A stretch of 38,655 bases of DNA from Hypanus sabinus (Eukaryota): the NCBI RefSeq assembly GCF_030144855.1, contig NW_026779065.1, positions 124,001 through 162,655 on the forward strand. Reading direction: 5' to 3'. Below, piece by piece: positions 1-12,050 of this stretch. A program made the position numbers and the translations under genes. The notes under the pieces are model-generated. The model had not been told where the DNA came from. It did no database searches and saw only the letters and a list, made by a program, of their open reading frames with translations. Position 1 is the stretch's first letter. Each line of letters starts with the position of its first letter.

Positions 1-854
1 CCGTCTTGACTCTGACTGTCTGCCTTTGTGTCCTTGTATATTCAAAACAAGCCGCAGAAAAAAACACTTCCATTGTGCATCAAATAACACCATCTCTCTC
101 ACCATAGCAACACAGCAGATTTTATATTCAGTCTCATTCTCGACGTTCTGAAGTGAATATAGAAAAAGTGGAGGTAACAAAAGATGTTTTAGGCTGTTTT
201 ATTAGAAAAGTGTTCAGCTTGGTCGTGTTACATACACGCAACCCTGGGGAAAGTACCTGGTACGTGCGCGCAACACTGTAAACGTTTTCACCAGCAAATG
301 AACTCACCTGGAGTCTGGTTTTGCTGTTGACTATCACTATTTTATTAGTAATATAGTTACGTAAAACAGGTAAACCAAGGGTCTGCAGTATTATGCATAT
401 GTAGGTATGTAACAACTTAAACTCCCCGAACTTATTCAAGCTTAGGTGGCAAGAGCTACAGTCTTATGATGGGATATAACAGATCTAAAAGTCAGTCTCA
501 TTCCCTCGGCGTTTTCAAGTGACAGTTCACTAAAGAAATGAACCCAGGAGGTATATAACAGTCTGAACACTTGTCCGTGGACAGGTAATTCAGAAACGCT
601 GATGTTTGATTCACTCATCTGCAAAAATACAACCGTAGATTTGTAAACCGTCAGCAGATAGCATATTCTGATGCAGAGATTTTAGGTACTCACCCAGGAA
701 TCGCATTATCATCACAACGCATAAAGAACGGTCCATAGATAATGTCCGAAAGTGTCCTTCCGGGGTTTGTGATGAATATGACTGACTCGGATGTTCGCAA
801 GCAGACTGATTAATAATCTTCCAGATGACACCAAAAGAAACAATAACATTTATT

Positions 855-1000
855 GTTACGAAGTGCTGGGCAATTTCCATGCGGTAGTTTCAAAGGTACA
901 CTGAAGGACAAGATGTTGTCAAAGAGAGCAGTGGGTGCATGGGATGCCCTTCCTACTGTTGTGGTCGAGGTTCAAGTACAAGTGACCTTTAAAAGCTGTC
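855..1000 (+). mobile_element. CR1-type LINE 3' ORF2 fragment
   Basis: Translation ...KRAVGAWDALPTVVVEV.. matches the CR1 ORF2 C-terminal RVV.xWNxLPxxVVE motif. Boundaries approximate. Confidence 0.6.
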
Positions 1001-3235
1001 GATACAGATATCCAACTTCACAACCGTCACCGGCAGCCCATTGCACGCACTCAACACTGTCCGCGTGGAGAAAGTAACTTGACATCTCCTCTGTAACTCC
1101 CTCCAGCAGCTTTAAGCAGTGCCCTCTCGTGATAGGAATTTCATCGCTGGGATAAAGCCTCTGACTATCCACATGATTAATGCGTCTCATCATTTATACA
1201 ATTCTCACTCAGCACTTTTCCTACGTCGCTTCAGGGATAAAAGGCCTATTCTCATCCTTTTTCATTCTGAATGCTAAAGTAAAAAAAACTCAATTAGATA
1301 CCTTGTTATTTCATCCGCTTCCATATTCACGTTCCCACTGTAAACCATGATAGGTCCTGATTCTTTCTCGTCTTCTAGTCTTGCTCTTCACATACCTGTA
1401 GAGTGCCTTGGATTTGCCTTAATTGTGGCCGCCAAGGCCTTCTCATGGCTGCTTCTGGCTGTACTGATTTCCGTCTTAAGCTCCTTCCTGTTAGCCTTAT
1501 ATTCTTCAGGATCTCTAACCTTACCTCACTCTCTGAAATTTTTGTCAGCCTTTCATTTCTTCTTCACAAAATTTATTACACCCTTTGTACACCACCGCCC
1601 CTGTACCCTGCCATAACTTCCCTGTCTCTTTGGAATGTACTTCTGTAGAACTCAACACAAATTTACCCAGAACATTTGCACATTTCATCCATACATTTCC
1701 TTGAGATCACCTGTTACCAATTTAAGCTTCCAATTTTACAAACATCCAGTAAAGTTATTGACCCCTATTGCTCCTACGCTCCAACAACAGAGAATCCGTA
1801 GACAATTCGACCACGTCCAACTTTTCTGCACATTCTCTCTGATCGACAGTACCATGCCCCTCCTCTTTTGCCTCCCTCTCTGTGTCTGAGCCATCCAAGT
1901 CCCTCTAATGGCCACCCTATCAAAGCTCCAAGTGCTGATCCACGCTCTAAGCTCATCCGCTTTGTTCACCATACTACTTGAGCTAAAATAAACACTTCTC
2001 AATCCGTCGGTGTGAGCGCGTCCTTTCACCATCACATCTCTGTCCTCCCTCACGCACAGTCGCCCAGCTTTCTCTATTTGTGAGCCAACCTCTTCTTCTG
2101 CACTCTCTTCCGTAAGGTTCCGATCCCATACCAACAATTCTAGTTGAAACTCTCCCCGGAAGCCTTATCAAACCTCCACGCCAAGATATTGACTCTCCTG
2201 GGATTCCAGTGCAGCGCATCCGTTTTGTGCATGTCACACCTGCCCCAAACGAGGTCCCAATGATCCAGACATCAGAATCCTTGTCCCCTGCTTGAATCTC
2301 TCAGCCATGCGTTTATCCTCCACCTCATTTCCTTCATATAGTCTCTGTCGAGTGGCACAGTTTGTAATCCAAGATTACCACCTTTGAGATCCTACTTCTC
2401 AACTTCCTTCCTGACTCCCTGTAGTTTGTTTTTCCGGACCTCTTCCCTTTTCCGACCAATGTCATTGGTATCAATATGTGCCACGACCTCTGGCGGTTCT
2501 CTCTCCCATCGCAGGATATCTAGTATACGATCTCACACATTCCGGACCCTGGCCCCTGCGAGGCAATGTACTATCCGAGTTTGCTTCCTGCGTCCACAGA
2601 ATCGCCTGTCTATCTCCCTAACAGTATTACCTACTATCAGTACTACCCCCTCCCTTTCCCTACCCTTCTGAGCCACAGGGCCGGGCCCTATGCCAGAGGC
2701 TCGGCCTCTGTTACTTCCCACAGATAGGCTGTCCCCCCAGCAGGACTCAAATTGGATTAACTTTTCTCAAGAGGTAGCGTAATGCCTGACTGTTCACCTT
2801 CCCTCTCCTGATTGTGACCCACTAGTGTGTCTCTTGTGGCCCCAGTGTGACCACCTACCCATAACTGCTTTCCGTCACATCCTCGCTCTCCCTGACCATA
2901 CGAAGGTCATCGAGCTGCACTCGACACACCGGGTCCTGATGTAGCCGTCCGGGAGACTGTGAGGCTCCGGGAACTCCCACATCTGACAACAAGCACAGAA
3001 AACAGGCCTCACGCACATACTTCCTTTTCGCAATTAACACAGGCAACCCTACCTCATCGCTGCAGACTGTCAGATTGTAGGGTGTTGCGGCCATCACTGA
3101 ATCGTAGCTGAGGTTTGGACGCATTTCGGATCTGAATGTCCAAGAATACACGTTGTATCGGAGGAATTGCAAGGTCATTGGGAAATCGCGGATGCGATGC
3201 TGATGTAAGGAAGGAAACTTTAATGTTATCATTTA
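1001..3235 (-). mobile_element. Decayed, internally deleted CR1 LINE (ORF1 esterase, endonuclease, 3' ORF2 end)
   Basis: Minus-strand frames give ORF1-like VIVGNTVREIDRRFCG..HCLAGARV, endonuclease-like SMVNKADELRAWISTW and C-terminal ITRGHCLKL. The RT core is missing. Boundaries approximate. Confidence 0.7.
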
Positions 3236-3279
3236 TTTATCATTTATAAAAAGTGATTTCACTTGACTTGACTTATTTC

Positions 3280-6200
3280 AAGAGGTCTATAAAACAGGTA
3301 CAGTGATGGGATGATGCAGATTTACAACTCATCGCTGAAGCCTCGGCGCGAGGATTGTGAACAGTTTTCGGAACCTCATCTGACAAAGACATGTCGGCAT
3401 TGGAGAGGACCCAGGACATGTCGGCATTGGAGTGGACCCAGGACAGGTCGGCATTGGAGTGGACCCAGGACATGTCGGCATTGGAGAGGACCCAGTACAT
3501 GTCGGCATTGGAGTGGACCCAGGACATGTCGGCATTGGAGTGGACCCAGGACATGTCGGCATTGGAGAAGACTCAGGACATGTCGGCATTGGAGAGGACC
3601 CAGGACATGTCGGCATTGGAGTGGACCCAGGGCATGTCGGCATTGGAGTGGTCCCAGGACATGTCGGCATTGGAGTGGACCCAGGGCATGTCGGCATTGG
3701 AGTGGACCCAGGGCATGTCGGCATTGGAGTGGACCCAGGACATGTCGGCATTGGAGTGGACCCAGGTCATGTCGGCATTGGAGTGGACCCAGGGCATGTC
3801 GGCATTGGAGTGGACCCAGGACATGTCGGCATTGGAGTGGACCCAGGACATGTCGGCATTGGAGAGGACCAAGGACATGTCGGCATTGGAGTGGACCCAG
3901 TACATGTCGGCATTGGAGAGGACCCAGGACATGTCAGCATTGGAGTGGACCCAGGACATGTCGGCATTGGAGAGGACCAAGGACATGTCGGCATTTGAGT
4001 GGACCCAGGACATGTCGGCATTTGAGTGGACCCAGGACATGTCGGCATTGGAGTGGACCCAGGAAATGTCAGCATTGGAGTGGACCCAGGACATGTCGGC
4101 GTTGGAGTGGACCCAGGACATGTCGGCATTGGAGTGGACCAAGGACATGTCGGCATTGGAGTGGACCCAGGACATGTCGACTTTGGAGTGGACCCAGGAT
4201 ATGTCGGCATTGGAGTGGACCCAGGACATGTCGGCATTGGAGTGGACACAGGACATGTCGGCATTGGAGAGGACCCAGGACATGTCGGCATTGGAGTGGA
4301 ACCAGGACATGTCGGCATTGGAGAGAACCCAGGACATGTCGGCATTGGAGTGGACACAGGACATGTCGGCATTGGAGAGGACCCAGGACATGTCGGCATT
4401 GGAGTGGAACCAGGACATGTCGGCATTGGAGAAGACTCAGGACATGTCGGCATTGGAGAGGACCCAGGACATGTCGGCATTGGAGTGGACCCAGGGCATG
4501 TCGGCATTGGAGTGGTCCCAGGACATGTCGGCATTGGTGTTGACCCAGGACATGTCGGCATTGGAGTGGACCCAGCACATGTCGGAATTGGAGAGGACCC
4601 AGGACATGTCGGCATTGGAGTGGACCCAGGACATGTCGGCATTGGAGAGGACCCAGGACATGTCGGCATTGGAATGGACCCAGGACATGTCGGCATTGGA
4701 GTGGACCAAGGACATGTCGGCATTGGAGTGGACGCAGGACACATCGGCATTGGAGTAGACCCAGGACATGTCGGCATTGGAGTGGACCCAGGACATGTCG
4801 GCATTGGAAAGGACCCAGGACGTGTCTGCATTGGAGTGGACCCAGGACATGTCGGCATTTTAGAGGATCCAGGACATGTCGGCATTGGAGTGGACCCAGG
4901 ACATGTCGGTATTGGAGAGCACCCAGGACATGTCTGCATTGGAGTGGACCCAGGACATGTCGGCATTGGAGTGGACCCAGTATATGTCGGCATTGGAGTG
5001 GACCCTGGGCATGTCGGCTTTGGAGTGGACCCAGAACATGACGGCATTGGTGTGGACCCAGGACATGTCGGAATTGGAGAGCACCCAGGACATGTCGGCA
5101 TTGGAGTGGACCCAGGACATGTCGGCATTGGAGAGGACCCAGGACATGTCGGCATTGGATTGGACCCAGGACTTGTCGGCATTGGTATGGACCCAGGACA
5201 TGTCGGCATTGGAGAGGACCCAGGACATGTCGGCATTGGAGTGGACCCAGTATATGTCGGCATTGGAGTGGACCCTGGGCATGTCGGCTTTGGAGTGGAC
5301 CCAGAACATGTCGGCATTGGAGTGGACCCAGGACATGTCGGAATTGGAGAGCACCCAGGACATGTCGGCATTGGAGTGGACCCAGGACATGTCGGCATTG
5401 GAGAGGACCCAGGACATGTCGGCATTGGATTGGACCCAGGACTTGTCGGCATTGGTATGGACCCAGGACATGTCGGCATTGGAGAGGACCCAGGACATGT
5501 CGGCATTGGTGTGGACCCAGGACATGTCGGCATTGGAGTGGACCCAGGACATGTCGGCATTGGAGAGGACCCAGGACATGTCGGCATTGGAGTGGACCCA
5601 GGACTTGGCGGCATTGGTATGGACCCAGGACATGTCGGCATTGGAGAGGACCCAGGACATGTCGGCATTGGAGTGGACCCAGGACATGTCGGCATTGGAG
5701 TGGACCCAGGACATGTCGGCATTGGAGTGGACCCAGGACATGTCGGCATTGGAGTGGACCCAGGACATGTCGGCATTTTAGAGGACCCAGGACATGTCGG
5801 CATTGGAGAGGGCCCAGGACATGTCGGTATTGGAGAGGACCCTGGGCATGTCGGCTTTGGAGTGGACCCAGAACATGTCGGTATTGGAGAGGACCCTGGG
5901 CATGTCGGCTTTGGAGTGGACCCAGAACATGTCGGCATTGGAGTGGACCCAGGACATGTCGGCATTGGAGAGGTCCCAGGACATGTCGGCATTGGAGTGG
6001 ACCCAGGACATGTCGGCATTGGAGAGGACACAGGACATGTCGGCATTGGAGAGGACCCAGGACATGTCGGCATTGGAGTGGACCCAGAACATGTCGGCAT
6101 TGGAGAGGACCCAGGACATGTCGGCATTTGAGTGGACCCAGGACATGTCGGCATTGGAGAGGACCCAGAGCATGTCGGCATTGGAGTGGACCCAGAACAT

Positions 6201-6690
6201 GTCGGCATTGGAGTGGACCCAGGGGAGGTTCACAAATCTGATTCCAGGAATGGGAGAGTTATCACGTTAGTACTGCTTGAGTGATATAGGTCTGTACAGG
6301 CTGGAATTTCAGAAGGATGAGTTGAGACCACATTTCAACATTTCGAATGTTGAAAGGCGAGGCAGAGTGGTTGTGGAAAGAACGTTCCCGATGCTTGCGG
6401 TGCCCGAGACAAGGGGGCAGAGCCTCAGAATAGAGAGCCGATCATCTGAAACAGAAAACCAAGGCTTCTGAATATGGTGAATTTGTTATCACATTCGACT
6501 GCGGAGACCATGTTCTTGGGTGTCTTTAAGGTAGAGATCTATTAGTTGTTGATTGGATGAGAAGGCAGCGGAATGGCGGCCAGGAAGGCAAGTAAAATAA
6601 TCAGCCGTGATTAAGCAGACACGATGGACCAAGTGGCCCAATTGTATTCCAAAATATTATGTTCATCTGTTTCTGTGGTCTTAAATCGGT
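3280..6690 (+). mobile_element. CR1 LINE 3' fragment hosting the 27-bp array
   Basis: Left flank translates MMQIYNSSLKPRREDCEQFSEPHLTK and right flank GRFTNLIPGM..GLYRLEF..TRG.SLRI. These are contiguous CR1 ORF2 C-terminal motifs (EYCVQFWSPxLRKDxxALERVQRRFT). Confidence 0.8.
3388..6222 (+). repeat. Minisatellite, 27-bp unit (GACATGTCGGCATTGGAGTGGACCCAG), 105 copies
   Basis: 2835 bp = 105 x 27. ORF starts at 3391, 4876 and 5794 differ by exact multiples of 27, so there is no net indel. Variation is by substitution. Confidence 0.97.
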
Positions 6691-6804
6691 GGGAGGTATG
6701 CACATTTTTTTTTATCAAAGCGAGCTTACACTGAGTATCACGTTGCTTAGATGAACAGGAACTGATTGAAACTCATGTCGAGAGGAAAAGGGCATTGCTG
6801 CTGT

Positions 6805-6900
6805 CAGCTCCTAATGAAATGGCGTCGGACAGAAACCTCGAGCGCTTATTCACTTCCAGAGATGCTGTCTGACCTGCTGTGCTCTCCCAGCATTTAATGT
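6805..6900 (+). mobile_element. Penelope-like element terminal remnant with highly degenerate hammerhead core
   Basis: CTAATGA...GAAAC at 6811-6836 followed by GATGCTGTCTGACCTGCTG, the same tail seen after the 13932 copy. Confidence 0.4.
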
Positions 6901-8019
6901 GTGATTCCGTTCTAAGTTCAAAATTCAATGCACAATGGTTATCAAAGTACTGTCATGTCCTGACTTATATTTTTTACTGTTATATTTTATGTATTTCATT
7001 TAGCAGTTCGGTGAGAGCAGTCTATTCCGCTGGCAACCTGTTGCATTACTGTTGAAGATAAAAAATGCCTGCGATCAGGGACTGCTTTACATGGTGAGGG
7101 ACAGGGGGAAGAGCAAGACAAACCGTTTGAAACGATCGGAGGATACAATCCGGTGCGAGACCTGATTGTTCCAGGTGGATTACGAGCGACATGCGGAAGG
7201 TGGCCTTTGCTTTCACGTTGACCGAGAGTCCAGGAGAGACGGCACAGTGCATGATCAGCTCCAACTGGAGCCCATTTCACTATTCAATTAGAACGGGCTT
7301 TCTTGTTTTTGGTCCTCGTTACTACACCTTATGTTAAGTAAACATCCATAAATATAATCCCTTTAATCGTAAGCTGTCTTTTATTTCATGGACGATAGCA
7401 AAGAATGAGGTTCACCAGATGGAGAAGATGGGAATGTGAACTGAACAGGGGAGACGAGAGAGGAACCAGAAAAGCGGATGGAACAGGAGAAAGTAGTGAT
7501 CGGGGACAATTCAGCTGGTGCTGGAGAAATGTTCATACCCTCTGGTAGGAAAATACCGAGACAGCATATGAGCTGTTCCCCTAGAAATATCATTCCGGCA
7601 GCAAAGACTCTCAGAATGGGAATGGGAAGATGGAGTAGATTCGGTTTCCCGTGGGCAGTTTTATCTATTGCGCAGGAAGGTGCTGAAGGACTCGCAGAAA
7701 AAGTACTCCGAAACTCATTCGCATTTCACCGAAGAGGTGGAGTCCACACTGCACTGGCAACACCGGGTACAGCAGGTGAAACCGGCAGACTGGCAGGTGA
7801 ATTGTCACCTCAAAAGAAAGGCCGGTTTGGGACCCGGAACGTCGGTGCGGGAGACTTTGGTCAGCTCTGGTCACGCTTGCAAGGTTCAGCGCCAGGAGGG
7901 AGAGGAGTGGGGAGTCATTTAAAGCTGCTAGATCGGGATCGGAAACGGTGCTGTGCGCATATAAATACAAATAGTGTATAGCTTCCTGTATCGTCTGTTA
8001 AGATTTTATATTTATATAA

Positions 8020-8260
8020 CCAAACTGAATGTGGTCCGGTCTATCACGGGTAAAACACTCCTCATTATTGAATACATCTACAAGGACCGCAGTAACAGGA
8101 AAGCAAAATCCACCATCCGCGATCCCAAACACCCAGGCCATTCTCTCTTCACGCCGCTGCCATCTGAAAGAAGCTACAGGGGTATTAGCACTCACACCTC
8201 GCGATCAAAACAGTTAGTACACCTCAAAAATTCGCCTTTTGTACCAGGGGCGAGAGATTC
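8020..8260 (+). mobile_element. Rex1/Babar-like LINE 3' fragment
   Basis: Translation KAKSTIRDPKHPGHSLFTPLPSERSYR matches the KAxxIIxDPxHPGHxLFxxLPSGRRYR motif. Confidence 0.6.
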
Positions 8261-8338
8261 ACACAACCTCACAGACCCCGACATTGATCTGCACCCATGA
8301 GGTATGGACTCAGTAGAGCTATCCCTCACATCCCCCTT

Positions 8339-8471
8339 GAAACTACTTCCTCTCCCCTTCGACGCATGTCCTCTGCTATTACATAATTGTGAAAGGCCGT
8401 GATATGAAACTACTTCCTCTCCCCTTCGATGCATACCCTCTGCTTTAGATAATTGTGAAAGGTCGTGATAG
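8339..8471 (+). repeat. Two-copy about 67-bp tandem duplication
   Basis: GAAACTACTTCCTCTCCCCTTCGA...ATAATTGTGAAAGG.CGTGATA starts at 8339 and again at 8406. Confidence 0.9.
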
Positions 8472-8474
8472 AGT

Positions 8475-8830
8475 GGATGCAGCAGTTTCTTTGCTCCGGG
8501 GCCAGAGACAAAGACCAGAGGTCACATCTCACAAGACAGGGGGCGTCCATTTTAGATCGGAGATGAGAAGAGACCGATTCAAACAAGAACTGGTTAAACT
8601 TTGAAATCTATGCCACAGGCAGCTGTCGAGGACATTGTGTATATTCAAGGTAGACGTTGATAGGTTCCTGATTGGTTCGACCATGAAGACAAGCGCGGAG
8701 AATTCAGAATCTGAGAGATTAGTGGAAAATTGTGTCAGTCTTTATGAAATGGTGGAGTATAATCAATGGGCGAAACTGTCTAATTCGGCTTCTATAATGA
8801 TTGGCTTTATAATAAGCCTCATAGTTGTAC
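8475..8830 (+). mobile_element. CR1 LINE 3' end fragment
   Basis: TRGHxL..RPFRxEMRR-like coding remnant followed by a CR1-like 3' UTR. Confidence 0.6.
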
Positions 8831-8859
8831 AGAGAGCAGAGGAAGCTTAGACAAAACAG

Positions 8860-9240
8860 CAGAATTAGACCATTCGCGACCATCGAGCCTTCTACACTTT
8901 CCATGAAGCGTCTTTCCAATTCTCGCCTTCTGTCTTCTCAACTTCCTTCCGAAACACCGCATTGAATTTACCAAATGAAGAGGCTTTCTCAGCCGTCAGG
9001 GTCAGGGAATTCTTTAGATTATCCGCTCGCTGGCTGTTAAAATTCCACCTCATCCCCGTTCTAAATGGATCAGTCCATTCTGACGTTCTGCCCTCTGTTC
9101 CCAGACTCCTCCACATCCACTCTATCTTGTTTCTTTTATATTCGATAGATTTCAATGAGCTATCCCCAACCCCCCTAATTCGTGTTCTCTCCATCGTGTA
9201 CTGGCCCGGATCCTTAATCAATAACCTTTAATTTCCGGAG
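8860..9240 (-). mobile_element. CR1 LINE 3' ORF2 fragment
   Basis: Minus translation ..PFRTGMRWNFNSQRADNLKNSL..AEKASSFGKF matches the CR1 C-terminus. Confidence 0.65.
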
Positions 9241-9834
9241 TCATTATCGTGATCCTCCACTGGGAACAAGAAAAATGCCATTTGAACTGTTTTGTAAGGA
9301 GTGGGTGTTTAAGGGAGTGGGGTGCGTGTATATACGTGGATTCCTCTGAATATTGACGTAGCCTACGTCAATCTGCTGGAATGGCCATGCAATGTGCAAA
9401 AGCATAAGTTAGACTATCCGAGATTTTACTAGCCGTTCCTCACAGCGATGTCGCAGATAGCCCAAGATGTGTAATTCATTTATCTGCGAACCAAATCAAA
9501 ATCGGTGTCGAATCGGTATACATAGCGGGGATAGATTGAAATCTCACTGAGTAGATCCACATAACATCCTCTCGCTCGAAGTCAGCAGAAACGAAGATCC
9601 ATCAGCCGATTTCCGTTAGGGTATCAGAGGTGGCAAGGGGCGGGAAACGTAAATTCCTGACCGTTATCGGATCAGAGGATCCGTTCTGGGTCAATCGCAG
9701 AAGTCATTAGGAAGAAGGAAAGACAACACCTTTACTGTCTGACAACACCTTTTCATGGCCTGTAAAACATTCACAAACCTCTATCTATGCACCTTCAAGA
9801 GAACGATGATTGATTACGTCACGCACTGTTATCG

Positions 9835-10140
9835 GTTAACCAGTGTATAGGAACAGAAAAACCTCGGGCCCAGCCTTCCCCACCACTGAGCACATCTTCA
9901 AGGACCGTAACCTGAAAAATGCTGCATCGATTATCCAGGACCTCCCCCATCCAGGACATGCGTTCTTCTCGTTGCGGTCATCGGGAAGGAGGGAAGGGAG
10001 CAGCATTTCCCACACAACAGCTTTGCACACAGTTGTTACTCTACAACCACCGGGCTCATGAAACAGTCTGAATAACCTCATTAACTTCAATTCTGAAATG
10101 CTTCCACAAGCTATTGCCTCGCTTCTGAGAACACTACAAC
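9835..10140 (+). mobile_element. Rex1/Babar-like LINE 3' fragment
   Basis: Translation NAASIIQDLPHPGHAFFSLRSSGRR. Confidence 0.65.
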
Positions 10141-11039
10141 TCATGTTCTGAGTGTTAGTTTTTGTCTGTCCATCAGTCAAACTCGCTATCTATCCATCCA
10201 TTCATTCGTTCCTCATTTCGTATATTTTTGTTTGCACAGTGTGTCTTCTATTGCACATCTGTTATTTGCATAGTATCATTGTCGCACATCACGACAATGT
10301 TTCAATTGCTCTTCTCGGTTGTGCTTTGGATGCCAGTGAGAAAAGTAACCTCAAGGCAGTATTTAGTAACACAACAGAGTTTGATAATAAAATTAATCTG
10401 ACTTATACTAGACCGCATGATCAGTGATCCGACTGACAGAGAGCTGAAGAGTTCGGAATTCACCGATGACCATGCTGAGAGATTGGACATTGATGTAACA
10501 CAGGGAGAGAATGCAGCACAAGGGGAAGATCACGTGGTCGAGAGAAATCGTGGCAGTGTGTTCCCTCGTGAGAAGAATAGACTGGAGTCTGCGGCAGGAG
10601 ACGGGAGTCTACTAGGCTGTGCTCTTCAATCCTCCAACCAGCATGTGATTAGCAGAAAGGCTTCAGTACGTTCTGAAGGTAAATGACTCAGTCAAAAGCA
10701 AAACACCTGTAAAAAAACGAGACATGCGAAAAACATATTCAGGTAGTGAAAAGGAAATGATCTTAAAAATGAAAATTTTGTGAATAAAAAACCCTACTAA
10801 GCATGAAAGATGGGAAAAATATTATTGCCAGCCTGCCGGGTTATTGCCGAAGATTGCTTGCTATCCAATTAGTATGGTAGATATAGGGAGAGCTCTCCGT
10901 GGCGAGTGTCTTTTTATTACGAGGTCCATGTTCTTGCTAGGATGTTCAATGGGTTGTTAATAGAATTTTAACCATGGCAGAATCGATGAAAAACCGCACC
11001 CACTTTGGCGATCAACTGGTAAGAGTAGGAACAGCAGCT

Positions 11040-11460
11040 CGGAACTTTCAGACTATTCCGGTGCTGTTTGATAATGTGGCCCTCTGGAGATGTCCATAAA
11101 CTTTACTGCGTAGGCTCTTTTCTGAATAGACAGCGCTGATCTGTGGAATTCCACAGCACTCGGTGTTGGGATCGCTTCTTATCCCGTTCTGCGTCAATGA
11201 TTTGAATGAAGGATTTGATTGTTTTCTGACAGGATTTGCTGATCCTGCGAAGATAGATGGAAGGGCAGGTCGAGCTGAGGAAGCAGGGTGCTTTCAGAAG
11301 GAATTGGACAGACTATGATAATAGGCAAATAATTTGCAGAAGGAATATAATGTAGCGAAGTGCCCAGTCTTAATCTTGGGCGGACGAAATAAAGGCTTGG
11401 AATAATTTAACAACGGGGAAAACATTGAAGAGATCAAACGTGCTGAGTCCCATGGGAGGA
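11040..11460 (+). mobile_element. CR1 LINE RT C-terminal fragment
   Basis: NDLNEG..FADPAKI..ELDRL..YNVAKC motifs correspond to the CR1 FADDTK region. Confidence 0.6.
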
Positions 11461-11529
11461 TTTTCAACAGGAAAATATGCAGAAAGGTGAGGAACACAAA
11501 TGCAATGTCAGCATCCATCTGCAGAGGAC

Positions 11530-12050
11530 AGGAATATATTTAAAAAAACACTCTTTAGCAACATATTGGTCTGTAAATTCTCCCTGGTTCCGGACTGACA
11601 ATCAAGTGGCACGGGTAGCAATCCCGAGATCACAACCCTGCCGACCCTGTCCTTTAACTTTGTTCTTAACACCTTGATATACTTGTTAGGAACATCGTCA
11701 CTCATGTAAATGGCACCTACAGAGACCACGATATCCAGCTGTTCACCCTCCCACTGAAGAATGCTGTAGACTGGACTGAAGTATCCACGAGGTTGTTGCC
11801 TACAGAACCTCCTGTGTGCACCAAAACCTAGCGAATATCCTATCACCACAGAGTGCCGGCCGGTACCCCGCACATACACCGCCCACTTCCCTTCTTAGTC
11901 GCAGCTGCAAACTGAGTGATAGAGACCCAAGCACTGTGACTGACCTCTGTGAGGGCGCTGGATCAGGGATGCAATCGCAGACCCTGCACTGTGTACACTG
12001 TCATATTTATTGAGTAACAAATTCCGACGTGCAAACAAAGCCGGCGTCAG
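11530..12050 (-). mobile_element. CR1 LINE ORF1 (SGNH esterase-like) fragment
   Basis: Translation SVVIGYSL..RRFC..LKDRVGRVVISGLLPVP. Confidence 0.65.

Noticed and set aside
3388-6222. CRISPR-like appearance of the array
   Set aside because: Contiguous tandem units with no unique spacers, in a vertebrate genome.
3311-6270. Very long ORFs (813, 701, 455 aa) in the array, including a mucin-like PTCPGSTPM frame
   Set aside because: The 27-bp consensus has no stop in any of six frames. The frames that stay open longest have few codons one step from a stop, so neutral expansion explains them. There is no signal peptide or splice context.
7243-7281. Perfect heptamer CACAGTG
   Set aside because: No nonamer at 12 or 23 nt and no convincing V frame upstream.
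7478-7981. 167-aa ORF and overlapping ORFs
   Set aside because: No recognisable motif or splice structure.
8537-8546. CAGGGGGCGT CTCF-like core
   Set aside because: It lies in CR1 coding sequence (G-R-P-F), so it was not counted as a locus element.
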